A stretch of DNA of 64,000 nt from a virus. The position numbers were made by a program, and so were the translations under genes. Below the pieces are notes generated by a model. That model had not been told where the DNA came from. It worked only from the letters and a program-made list of their open reading frames with translations, and made no database searches. The stretch lies in the IMG/VR virus record IMGVR_UViG_3300033978_000477, positions 21,452-85,451 of that record. One strand, given 5' to 3'. Below are positions 1-8,744 of the stretch, one piece after another. Every line of letters starts with the position of its first letter. The stretch's first letter is position 1.

Positions 1-1
1 C

Positions 2-1168
2 AGCCTCCCGGCGAACACCACCAGATGGGGCAAGTGGGGCATCCGACTGACCGTCAACAACGGCCTTGTCGACGGCGTTGCGGACGCGTCGATGGTTGAT
101 GAGTCGCTCGCCTTCGAGATGCTCTCGCCGTCAGGTCTACACGACCTGATGAAGTACGAGTCCAACCAGTTCGGCGCGGACTGGACGGAGCAGTTTCGGG
201 AGAACCTTCGAGAGCTGGCGAACGGTGGGAACCCAGGCGGTTCCAATACCCAGATCCAATACAACAACGCTGGCGTGTTTGCTGGTGTCGGCAATGTCGT
301 CCACAACGCAGGGAACCTATCCCTATCAGAGTCCGCCCCGACCACTGGAACGACTGGTCAGGTCACCGTTGCTTGCGTGCAGCGCGCAGGCAAACGCCAC
401 CTAGTGGTGGGAGACGGGTACGTCTCTTCGTGGGTGCGCGCGACCGGCGGATCTGTCGTTGTGGGCCCGCACCCTGGCCACGTAAAGCAGTCCTTTTACA
501 ACCCGTGGGGCAACGCCGAAACCAGTGTTACGGCAACGTTCACCATGTCGCTGACGGGCACGCTCGGCGCTCCATCCGTCGCGAGCACGTCGCTTCTCGC
601 AAGCACGTGTAGGATACAGTCTACAAGCGCAACTGCCATCGGCAGCTTTGCGTCCCTCTATGAGTCTTCCGCGCGCCTTTGGCGCGGCAACGCAGCGGAC
701 CGAGGCGGGTTTTACCTCGTGATGCGGTTCGCACCTGAGGACGCCGCTGCGGTTTCCGGCGCTCGCATGTTCGTCGGGCTTCATACGTCGGTGGCAGGGG
801 CGACCAACGTCGAACCCAACACGCTCACGAGCATCCTTGGCGTATGCCAGTTGAGCACGTCGAACAACCTGCACCTCATCAACAACGACGGCACCGGCAC
901 CGCGACGACGGTTGACCTTGGCGCGTCCTTCCCTGCAAACGGGAACACGGCTGCCTATGAGTTGACGATGTGGTGCCCGCCGAACGAATCATTCGTTGGG
1001 TACCGCATTGAACGGCTGGACACGGGAGACGTCAGCGAGGGGACTTGGACAACTGACCTGCCTCCGAACACGACGTTCCTGGCGCGCCGCGCATGGCGCA
1101 CGAACAACGCCCAGGCGCTAGCCGTCAAGATGACCATCATCAGTATCTATGCGGAGACGTTGGTGTGA
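2..1168 (+). CDS. Tail fibre/virion structural protein, 5'-truncated by window edge
   Basis: Frame is open from base 2 (SLPANTTRWGKW...) into the 92..1168 ORF; PGGSNTQIQYNNAGVFAG motif typical of phage fibre proteins; T/S/A/G-rich. Confidence 0.6.
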   Translation, partial: SLPANTTRWGKWGIRLTVNNGLVDGVADASMVDESLAFEMLSPSGLHDLMKYESNQFGADWTEQFRENLRELANGGNPGGSNTQIQYNNAGVFAGVGNVVHNAGNLSLSESAPTTGTTGQVTVACVQRAGKRHLVVGDGYVSSWVRATGGSVVVGPHPGHVKQSFYNPWGNAETSVTATFTMSLTGTLGAPSVASTSLLASTCRIQSTSATAIGSFASLYESSARLWRGNAADRGGFYLVMRFAPEDAAAVSGARMFVGLHTSVAGATNVEPNTLTSILGVCQLSTSNNLHLINNDGTGTATTVDLGASFPANGNTAAYELTMWCPPNESFVGYRIERLDTGDVSEGTWTTDLPPNTTFLARRAWRTNNAQALAVKMTIISIYAETLV

Positions 1169-1179
1169 TTGCGGAGTCA

Positions 1180-3309
1180 ATGAGGCCGGCATCGCTGGCC
1201 ATCATCGCGACACTGGCACTCCAGTGTTTCCCCGTCGCGGTGAGACCAAAGCTTGTCGCGGTGTCTCCAGACCTTGGAGATGTTGATGGCGAGGTTTTGG
1301 TTACGCTCTCCGGCGCGAACCTCATTGGCGCAAGCGGGGCAACGATCGGTGGGTCTGAGTGTTCGCAGCTCAAGGTCGTCGACAACGCTACGGCGACATG
1401 CCTGACGCCGTCTAAGCCGCTCGGCACGTACAACGTTGTCATCACCACACCAGCGGGAAGGTCCACACTCGTCAATGGATTCGAGTCCTGGTACCCGACG
1501 GCAATCACCGGCGCGCGTATCTATGACTCTGCGAAGGAAGTCGCTGCGGCCGGGTCATCGTTCGTCGTCAACTTCTCGATGGTCTCGGAAGAGATCGATC
1601 CGTCCTGGAAGCTGCGTGATGGACATGTGGCGTTCTACACACCGGGCACCGATGACGTTGCGCTCGTAGGCGGCTGGAACCCATTCTACTCGGACGGCCT
1701 CGGCAACGGCGGCGACGGCACGCGCCCTGGCTGGACCTCCCCGCGGCAGACCACCAACGAAGTCTGGAAGAGCACCAACGGCGGACAGAACTGGACGGCG
1801 CTGCTTGCGGACAACAACGCCGAGTTCGAGCGCCGGCACACGCCTGGCATCGCGCAGGTCGGCAGTAAGTGGGTCATGATTGGCGGCGATCTTTGGGTCA
1901 ACGATCCGCCCGACTCCTACCAGCGAGACATCGTATCCAGCACTGACGGCGGGCTGAACTGGACGACGGAGATGGCGACAACGCCATGGTCGTCGCGCAT
2001 GCTTCACCTCGTCACCCAGAAGCCATTCGCCGGCAAGCTCTGGATGTTCGGCGGGCAAGACGGCGTCCTTGGCTTTGGCGGAACGGCAGACTTCCACAAC
2101 GACGTTTGGAACTGCCCAGAGGACGACCTCGACAACTGGACGCAAGTCATTGCCGACGGCGCAGCGATCGCAACGCGCCCTGGTGGGCGCGGAGGCGTCA
2201 ACAACCTCATCGTGTGGGCACCGCTGACGGGCACCTACGCTGGCATCGAGCGCATGTGGCTGGCTGGCGGCTGTCAGTACGGATCTCCACACGTCTACTA
2301 CAACGAGGTTTGGAGCACGACCAACGGGACTAGTTGGGTGCAGCACGCAGACGCCGGCTGGACCCCGCGGTTCTACCACTCCCTCTTCGTGCTCCGCGGT
2401 CGGCTTTGGATGATCGCCGGCGGCGACAACGTCGCCGGGAACAAGAGCGACCTCTGGTACACCGAGGACGGCGAGAACTGGACCGAAGTCGACGCGCGCT
2501 TTGCGCCGCTCGAAGCAGGCTCGCATGCCGATGCCATCACTGTCGTGGATGATCGCTACGCGATCTTCGCGATGGGCAACGGTTCCCTCGGGGCCGGGCC
2601 TCCGTACCTCAAGCGAGTCTGGCGCATCGACGTTCACTCTGGGACGCGAGTGTCGGCATGGGGCGACCACGGATCTGGCAGTGTCGACCTGACCGCATCA
2701 GGGGTGAATCGGCCGCTGCTGCTGGCCTCCGGCCAAGTTGGCAGCTTCGCCGCCCGACCCGCCATCGTCTTCGACGGTGCCGACAACTACATGGCCGCCG
2801 CATCCGTGGACATCCAATCTGGCGGCTACACCAGGTTCTTCTTCGGTCGGATCCCTCACCGAAAGGATGATGCGTCGCCAAGCGACACGACCGTTCAACA
2901 TTGCGCCTTCGGCAATGACGCCGCGAACCAATACGAGACGACCGGACTGTCGAACGGAGCGCTCGCCATCACCGACGGCTCCGTCGCATGGGACCTGACA
3001 ACGCAAGGCCTCACCAATCACGATGATGGTTTCGGAACGGCAAAGGCCTACACCGTGACGCGCGCGACCGACAACAGCGTCAAGTTCTACGTCGATGGCG
3101 TCCAAGTAGGGACCACGCAGACGGTGAACTACAACACCACGTACAGCGGTTGGAAGTTCATCGGCGCTGGGCTGGGTACGGACTCCCCGACATCATCGAA
3201 CAACAAGTTGCAGGGCGCCTTTGGTGCCTTCGTCACTTGTGACGGTGTGATCAGTGAGGCCAACATCGCCAAGCTCTCGAAGTGGGGCCACGGCAAGTTC
3301 AAGGAGTGA
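1180..3309 (+). CDS. Virion/receptor-binding protein: IPT/TIG domain, Kelch-like/BNR beta-propeller, C-terminal LamG-like domain
   Basis: N-terminal VSPDLG..VTLSGANL..ATCLTP..YNVVITTPAG (IPT/TIG); repeated NEVWKSTNGGQNW, NDVW, SDLWYTEDGENW; C-terminal VKFYVDGVQVG. Confidence 0.6.
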   Translation: MRPASLAIIATLALQCFPVAVRPKLVAVSPDLGDVDGEVLVTLSGANLIGASGATIGGSECSQLKVVDNATATCLTPSKPLGTYNVVITTPAGRSTLVNGFESWYPTAITGARIYDSAKEVAAAGSSFVVNFSMVSEEIDPSWKLRDGHVAFYTPGTDDVALVGGWNPFYSDGLGNGGDGTRPGWTSPRQTTNEVWKSTNGGQNWTALLADNNAEFERRHTPGIAQVGSKWVMIGGDLWVNDPPDSYQRDIVSSTDGGLNWTTEMATTPWSSRMLHLVTQKPFAGKLWMFGGQDGVLGFGGTADFHNDVWNCPEDDLDNWTQVIADGAAIATRPGGRGGVNNLIVWAPLTGTYAGIERMWLAGGCQYGSPHVYYNEVWSTTNGTSWVQHADAGWTPRFYHSLFVLRGRLWMIAGGDNVAGNKSDLWYTEDGENWTEVDARFAPLEAGSHADAITVVDDRYAIFAMGNGSLGAGPPYLKRVWRIDVHSGTRVSAWGDHGSGSVDLTASGVNRPLLLASGQVGSFAARPAIVFDGADNYMAAASVDIQSGGYTRFFFGRIPHRKDDASPSDTTVQHCAFGNDAANQYETTGLSNGALAITDGSVAWDLTTQGLTNHDDGFGTAKAYTVTRATDNSVKFYVDGVQVGTTQTVNYNTTYSGWKFIGAGLGTDSPTSSNNKLQGAFGAFVTCDGVISEANIAKLSKWGHGKFKE

Positions 3310-3327
3310 TCTCCGCAGGAGGGCGCC

Positions 3328-3843
3328 ATGAGCGAAGAGGTATCGAAACTGACCCCCGAGGAACGCCTCGAAGGTCTCATGTTGGCGCTGTCCGGACGCA
3401 TCGAAGAAGCGCATCAGGAAGCGAAGGGCTGGTACCGCACCGTTCGCAACTCCATCGCTGAGACCAACCAAGAGCTGTCGATGCTCAAGGCTCGGCTTGA
3501 CTCCGCCGAGAACAAGCTGCGCCGGCACGACTCCGGTTTTGCTCGCGCCTCCGATGCGGACCTGAAGCAGAACGAAGACATCAAGTCCATCGTCGCGGCA
3601 ACCGGGAACTGCGTACAAGCCATCGACGCACTTGAGAAGAAGCTCGAAGCGTACGAGGCCAACGCCAGTACCAAGGCCGAGAGCATGCAGACGGTTGCAA
3701 CGGAAGCCGTCTCGCAGACCCAGACCTTGGAGTCTCAAAAGCAGAAGCTTGAGAAGGAGGGCAGCAAGTCCACCCTCGGGCTCGTCCTCACCATCGGCGT
3801 TCTCGTTCTCCAGATCGTCGAACACTACATCAGCCGGAAGTGA
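3328..3843 (+). CDS. Coiled-coil protein with C-terminal transmembrane helix (lysis-module membrane protein)
   Basis: RBS AGGAGG; heptad-rich body; TLGLVLTIGVLVLQIV at the C-terminus. Confidence 0.6.
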   Translation: MSEEVSKLTPEERLEGLMLALSGRIEEAHQEAKGWYRTVRNSIAETNQELSMLKARLDSAENKLRRHDSGFARASDADLKQNEDIKSIVAATGNCVQAIDALEKKLEAYEANASTKAESMQTVATEAVSQTQTLESQKQKLEKEGSKSTLGLVLTIGVLVLQIVEHYISRK

Positions 3844-3846
3844 CTG

Positions 3847-3951
3847 ATGACACCTGCAACTCTCGAACGGATTGAGACAGTGAAGACCTTCATCATGCTG
3901 TCGGTGCTGGTGCACGGCGCGGCAATGCTGGCCGTCTACTACCTGCGATGA
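3847..3951 (+). CDS. 34-aa single-TM microprotein (MTPATLERIETVKTFIMLSVLVHGAAMLAVYYLR)
   Basis: Hand-translated; ATGA overlap with next ORF; hydrophobic stretch. Confidence 0.5.
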   Translation: MTPATLERIETVKTFIMLSVLVHGAAMLAVYYLR

Positions 3952-4040
3952 GCTTGGAGGAGGCACTCGACGTAGCGGCCTACGCCGTCGTGACTGTCTC
4001 CGTCATCATCTGGCTTCAGCTTCTCCAAGTCTGGCGCTGA
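3948..4040 (+). CDS. 30-aa single-TM microprotein (MSLEEALDVAAYAVVTVSVIIWLQLLQVWR)
   Basis: Hand-translated; coupled to the previous ORF by ATGA. Confidence 0.5.
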   Translation: MSLEEALDVAAYAVVTVSVIIWLQLLQVWR

Positions 4041-4046
4041 CCACCA

Positions 4047-4166
4047 ATGCGTAACGACCTCGTAGACGCTGCCAAAGGCTGGCTCTGCATGGTCGCGCTC
4101 GCTCTCGCGTTCAGCGCAGTCATTGAAGTTTGCACGGGCCGATGGCCCACCGGAGTATCCCCATGA
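4047..4166 (+). CDS. 39-aa single-TM microprotein (MRNDLVDAAKGWLCMVALALAFSAVIEVCTGRWPTGVSP)
   Basis: Hand-translated; ATGA overlap with the 4163 ORF. Confidence 0.5.
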   Translation: MRNDLVDAAKGWLCMVALALAFSAVIEVCTGRWPTGVSP

Positions 4167-4639
4167 ATCGTGACAACCTCATCGGCCTTGGCTTCATCGT
4201 TGCCATTGTTGGCGCAGCCGTCCTGACCTACTTCGGCAAGGCGGACCCGGTCTACAGCTTCGGTTCCATCATGGGAGCTTTCCTCCTTTGGGTGCAGGAC
4301 CGACCGGCCTTTGTGAAGAAGTTCTTCGGCGGCAAGGACGACCCGCCGCCGCCCGCTGCCGGCGCCGTAGCAGCGGTGTTGCTCGTGCTCTGCATGGGTG
4401 CGTCTAGCTCCCAGGCATCCTGCTCTCCAGCGTTCCGCAATGCCGTAGCCAAGAGCATCGTCGAGTTGGCCCCGTGCCTTCTGCTGAAGGTAGAGCAGGA
4501 CGTTGAAGCCAAAGATGCCATCCTCCAGTGCAACGTCCCTCAGGAGTTGGTTGAAGATGCGCTGATGCTGGTCGCGGCGCAGAAGGCCGCTCACTCGCAT
4601 GTGCTCGCGTCGAAACGAGACGCCGGGGCTTGCCAGTGA
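4163..4639 (+). CDS. Multi-TM membrane protein, holin-like
   Basis: Two N-terminal TM helices (LIGLGFIVAIVGAAVLTYF; SFGSIMGAFLLW) plus a third hydrophobic segment; position next to a peptidase. Confidence 0.5.
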   Translation: MNRDNLIGLGFIVAIVGAAVLTYFGKADPVYSFGSIMGAFLLWVQDRPAFVKKFFGGKDDPPPPAAGAVAAVLLVLCMGASSSQASCSPAFRNAVAKSIVELAPCLLLKVEQDVEAKDAILQCNVPQELVEDALMLVAAQKAAHSHVLASKRDAGACQ

Positions 4640-5448
4640 CAGACCTGATTCAGACGGCTGCCGACGCGGCGGAGTTCGTCAAACGGAAGTGGGGGCGGAA
4701 GCTCTTCCACGATGCCACGCAGATTGAGGAGTCCGACTGGATGTACTCCTCCGCGTTCCTCCTTGAGACCCATTTGCCGGGCGTCTCGATGCGGCCGCTT
4801 GTCGGGGCCATCCGTGACCAGGGGGCCACGAGTGCTTGCACCAACTTCGCCCTGTCGCGCAGCGTCGCGACTCGCGCGTACACCGTCGGCGCTCCACTGA
4901 CGAACTACCCGAGCGAGGTGGCCAACTACAAGCTTGGCCAGATGCTGGCGAACCCAGATGCCCCGCTCGTAGACATGGGCGCCAAGCTCGGCAAGGTGCT
5001 CCAGTCCGCGCGAGACGTTGGGATGGTGAGCGAAGCGCGCGCACCGTTCGACCCTGACACCATCACCGAACCGCTTCCGTGGGACGTGTACCGCGCCGGG
5101 TCTTCGGCGATGTCGGTACTGAACAAGGGCCTGTCCTACTACCGCGTCTTCGGCTCGGTGCAGGCCAAGCAAGCGCTTTCGAGGAACATCCCACTCGTGA
5201 TCGGCATGTCTGTTGACGAGTCGTTCATGAAGTACGACGGAGGCACCTACGTTCGCGGTGGTGCAGTTGTCGGCGGTCACGCAATGACGGGCATCGGCTA
5301 CCGCGCTGGCTGCCTCGAACTGGTGAACTCGTGGGGCGAGTTCTGGGGTGAGTCTGGTTTTGCCTGGCTCCCTCTCGAATACCTGGACTCCCCGAGCATC
5401 GTCTTCGAAGTCTACGCAATCGACATTGCCCCGAGGGCCGTCGTATGA
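4636..5448 (+). CDS. Papain-like (C1 family) cysteine peptidase
   Basis: DQGATSACT (Gln/Cys), GGHAM (His), NSWG (Asn) and WGESGF motifs. Confidence 0.85.
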   Translation: MTDLIQTAADAAEFVKRKWGRKLFHDATQIEESDWMYSSAFLLETHLPGVSMRPLVGAIRDQGATSACTNFALSRSVATRAYTVGAPLTNYPSEVANYKLGQMLANPDAPLVDMGAKLGKVLQSARDVGMVSEARAPFDPDTITEPLPWDVYRAGSSAMSVLNKGLSYYRVFGSVQAKQALSRNIPLVIGMSVDESFMKYDGGTYVRGGAVVGGHAMTGIGYRAGCLELVNSWGEFWGESGFAWLPLEYLDSPSIVFEVYAIDIAPRAVV

Positions 5449-5768
5449 AGCGCCTCGCATTCCTCGCGCTGCTCTTTGCGGCGTGTTCATCGGCCAAGGT
5501 TCTCCCCGTGGAACCCCCTGCTGTTGTCGTCTTTCCGCGCGACGGCGGGGCCGGTTGCTGCGAGCCAGCTTGTGCACGGATGCGCGAGAGTGGTTGCCCC
5601 GAGGGCGACCCATCCGAAACCGGCGAGTCCTGCGAAGACCTCTGCCGCCGCATCACTGCCATGCGCATCGACATGGGGGCTTGCTGCGTTGCTGCCTCCC
5701 GCACCAAAGACGAACTGCTCTCCTGCGGGACAACGAAGTCCGCTCGCGCAGTCCGTTGCCAACACTGA
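5445..5768 (+). CDS. Cys-rich lipoprotein
   Basis: MKRLAFLALLFAAC signal peptide/lipobox; many Cys. Confidence 0.65.
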   Translation: MKRLAFLALLFAACSSAKVLPVEPPAVVVFPRDGGAGCCEPACARMRESGCPEGDPSETGESCEDLCRRITAMRIDMGACCVAASRTKDELLSCGTTKSARAVRCQH

Positions 5769-5776
5769 CGGGGTGT

Positions 5777-6058
5777 ATGCAGATGGACAGTCGCGACCGA
5801 ACGTACCCCACCGGGCGAATGCTTGCCGTGGTGGTCAAGACGATCAGTGATTCAGTGCCCCCGCCGGCCCCACCACCGTTCTTTGGTGCGTGCGAGCGAT
5901 GCGAGGGCGTTGGCTTCAAGGAACGCGTTGTGGAGCCCTATAGCGGCCCAATGCTGGCGAGAGAGAAGAAGTGCCGCGTCTGCGATGGCACTGGACTCGC
6001 GACACCGGAGCAGAACGAAGCATGGCGCGCCGAATTGTCAGCCAAGCAGAGCGCTTGA
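5777..6058 (+). CDS. DnaJ-type CxxCxGxG zinc-finger protein
   Basis: CERCEGVG and CRVCDGTG. Confidence 0.55.
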   Translation: MQMDSRDRTYPTGRMLAVVVKTISDSVPPPAPPPFFGACERCEGVGFKERVVEPYSGPMLAREKKCRVCDGTGLATPEQNEAWRAELSAKQSA

Positions 6059-6225
6059 CGCATTGCTGCCCGGCTTGCTGCGGACTCGGCAAGACAGAGC
6101 ACGTCGAAGAAGGCGGACTCGACATCACGTACCACATCCAACTTTGCGACACCTGCTGGGGCGCTGGGCGCGTCACTGAGAAGCGGATGCGCAAGTACTG
6201 GAACGACACCCCCGCAACAGCCTGA
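6055..6225 (+). CDS. Small DnaJ-type zinc-finger protein
   Basis: CPACCGLG and CDTCWGAG; TTG start overlapping the previous stop. Confidence 0.45.
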   Translation: MTHCCPACCGLGKTEHVEEGGLDITYHIQLCDTCWGAGRVTEKRMRKYWNDTPATA

Positions 6226-6299
6226 GCGCTGCTGACGACAATTCAAACCCATCGATTGCTGGGCCCCGTCACCGGTGCGCCTGAACGGAGAACTACGCC

Positions 6300-6740
6300 A
6301 TGTCTATGTCGAACACTTCGGAGAACAACCTTCTCCTCCTCCTCTTCAACAACACCAACTGGGCAAACCTTGGTGATGCGACGGGGCTCCGAAGTTCCAC
6401 CACCGCCGGGTCGTTCCACATCTCGCTGCATACCGCAGACCCCGGCGAGGCTGGCTCCCAGACCACCAGCGAGATCAGCTACACCGGGTATAGCCGCGTT
6501 GCTGTCGCTCGCAGCGGTTCCGGCTTCACCGTCACCGGCGCATCAGTGAGCAACGCTGCTGCCGTCACGTTCGGAGCCTGCACCGCGGGCAGCGGAACTG
6601 CGACTCACTTCAGCATCGGCCGAGACGCTTCGGGCACTGGTGAAATCATCATCAGCGGCGCGCTCTCGGCGAGCCTCGCGATCTCTGCGGGTATTACTCC
6701 ACAATTCGCTATCGGGCAGATGACCGCCACGGCCGACTGA
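6300..6740 (+). CDS. Phage tail-fibre-associated structural protein
   Basis: ENNLLLLLFN..ISLHTADPGEAG..EISYTGYSRVAV..NAAAVTF, a conserved phage structural family pattern. Confidence 0.7.
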   Translation: MSMSNTSENNLLLLLFNNTNWANLGDATGLRSSTTAGSFHISLHTADPGEAGSQTTSEISYTGYSRVAVARSGSGFTVTGASVSNAAAVTFGACTAGSGTATHFSIGRDASGTGEIIISGALSASLAISAGITPQFAIGQMTATAD

Positions 6741-6800
6741 CCGTGAAGGTGTTCGAGGTGGCTTCAGAGCAGGAACGTATTCGGACGGAGTCCTAATCAG

Positions 6801-7250
6801 ATGGCAGACAATGTTGGATACAGCCCTGGCTCTGGGGCCACCATCGCATCGGATGACATTGGTGGCATTCAGCACCAGCGCGTCAAGATCACACTGGGCG
6901 CTGATGGTGTGTCGAACGGCGACGTCAGCGAAGCGAACCCGATGCCCGTCATGGGTGAGGGCGAGCTTGTCGAGTCGCTCTTCGCGATTCGCTCGGCGCT
7001 CGAAGTCCTCGCGCGCAACACCGGGCAGGCATACCCAGACACCGCGGGCCGCTTGCGTGTCGCGATTGACTCAATCAGCTCCGCGCTCACCCTAGCGACC
7101 ATCACCACCGTCGGCACTGTCACCACGGTTACGACCGTGACGACGATGACAAACCAGGTGAACGTGGGCGGCTACTCGGCGGCGCCGCAAATCCAGGCTC
7201 TCACGCAAATCGGGGCGGAGTCGCTCCGTCGAAATATCTCGGTGACCTAA
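6801..7250 (+). CDS. Virion structural protein
   Basis: ASDDIGGIQHQRVKI..NPMPV; TVTTVTTV repeats; RBS GGAG. Confidence 0.55.
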   Translation: MADNVGYSPGSGATIASDDIGGIQHQRVKITLGADGVSNGDVSEANPMPVMGEGELVESLFAIRSALEVLARNTGQAYPDTAGRLRVAIDSISSALTLATITTVGTVTTVTTVTTMTNQVNVGGYSAAPQIQALTQIGAESLRRNISVT

Positions 7251-8686
7251 TGGCGACCACGAACGGCAACCGCAAGATCCTCGACCTCAAGCGCTGGGAG
7301 ATGTGCGCGCCCGCACCCGTCGCAACGGCCGCGGCGCACTTCATCGCAAGCTCGCGCTGCTACCGACAGCAGCAACTGCTCGTGACGTCCAACACCGTTG
7401 CGTACCTGTACGCGCCGCTCGAAGACGGCTTCGTGCAGGTGCCCAGCCCGGCGCTCGCTGGCACCTTTGGCGCTGGTGCAACCGGCTGCGGCGTTTCGTG
7501 GACGACCGGCTCAACCATCGGCGCCGCCTCGCTCACTGCGACCGCTGGCACGACAACCAGCATCACAACGAACCAGACGCTGGCGCGCCACCTCCGCGGT
7601 TACAGTGTGCACATCCTTGCCGGCCCGAACGCTGGCGAGACGAAGACGATCGCGTCCAACACCATCGGCGCCAACGCCGTCATTACGTTCACCGCTGCAA
7701 GCGGTGTCGCGTTCTCGGCGTCGACGGTGTACCGCATCATCGCTCCCAAGTTCTTCGTGCTCGGCGCGGGCACGCTCGCGGCGGGCTCGTTCAAATCCTA
7801 CGACTTCGCCACCAACACTTGGACGACCTGCACCATCACCGGTCTGCCGGCCACCATCGGTACCGACGCGAAGCTCATCTCGACGCCGGGATGGCTGGAC
7901 GATACATACAATGCTTTCGCGACTGGAACCGCGACGGCTGGCGGCGCTAGCACGCTGACCAACAGCGCGAAAACCTGGGCCACGAACCAGTGGGCCAACT
8001 ATCAGATCCGCATCACTGCGGGCACCGGGGCTGGCCAGATCCGCACGATCGCCAGCAACACCGGCACGGTCATTACCACCAGCGCGGCCTGGACGACGAA
8101 CCCCGACGCGACGAGCCAGTACTCAATCGAGGGGAACGACAACTTCCTCTACTTGATTGGCAACAACGCCGTCACGATGTACCGCTACGACATCGCCGCG
8201 AACACCTGGTCGACGCTGGCCCCTGGTGTTGCCCGTGGCGCCGCTCCCGGCGCTGGCATGTCGGGACACTGGGTGCACTCTGCACCAGAGGCCGAGTGGA
8301 ACAACGAAAGCACCATCCAGAACGGGCGCTACATCTACTCGTTCCGTGGCGCCGCTGGTGCGCTGCTGGACCGCTACGACATCGCTGCCAACACCTGGTC
8401 GGCGGTGACATACAGCCCCGCCACGGAGACGTTCACAACCGGAACGAAGTACACCATCTTCGATGGTGCACTCTACATCCAGAAGGACGCGACAGGCCGG
8501 TGGTTTCGGTACAACTTTGCGACCAATGAAATGGATGGGTGGGGCACCATGCTCTACCCCAACGGCGCTGCCATTGTCGGCGACACCGCGTTTTATGCGT
8601 ACTTCGACGACGGCGCGACCAAGATCACGTTCGTGTACATGATCCTCAACACCTCGGCGGTGATGCTGCGGCAGATGATCATCTGA
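7250..8686 (+). CDS. Virion structural protein (Kelch-like repeats with inserted beta domains)
   Basis: Repeated YDIAANTW/YDFATNTW; GTGAGQIRTIASNT repeats. Confidence 0.6.
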   Translation: MATTNGNRKILDLKRWEMCAPAPVATAAAHFIASSRCYRQQQLLVTSNTVAYLYAPLEDGFVQVPSPALAGTFGAGATGCGVSWTTGSTIGAASLTATAGTTTSITTNQTLARHLRGYSVHILAGPNAGETKTIASNTIGANAVITFTAASGVAFSASTVYRIIAPKFFVLGAGTLAAGSFKSYDFATNTWTTCTITGLPATIGTDAKLISTPGWLDDTYNAFATGTATAGGASTLTNSAKTWATNQWANYQIRITAGTGAGQIRTIASNTGTVITTSAAWTTNPDATSQYSIEGNDNFLYLIGNNAVTMYRYDIAANTWSTLAPGVARGAAPGAGMSGHWVHSAPEAEWNNESTIQNGRYIYSFRGAAGALLDRYDIAANTWSAVTYSPATETFTTGTKYTIFDGALYIQKDATGRWFRYNFATNEMDGWGTMLYPNGAAIVGDTAFYAYFDDGATKITFVYMILNTSAVMLRQMII

Positions 8687-8744
8687 GAGCCTGATGGCTT
8701 TCATGGACAACTGAAGACCAAGATCCAAAGCCCACACACATCCG

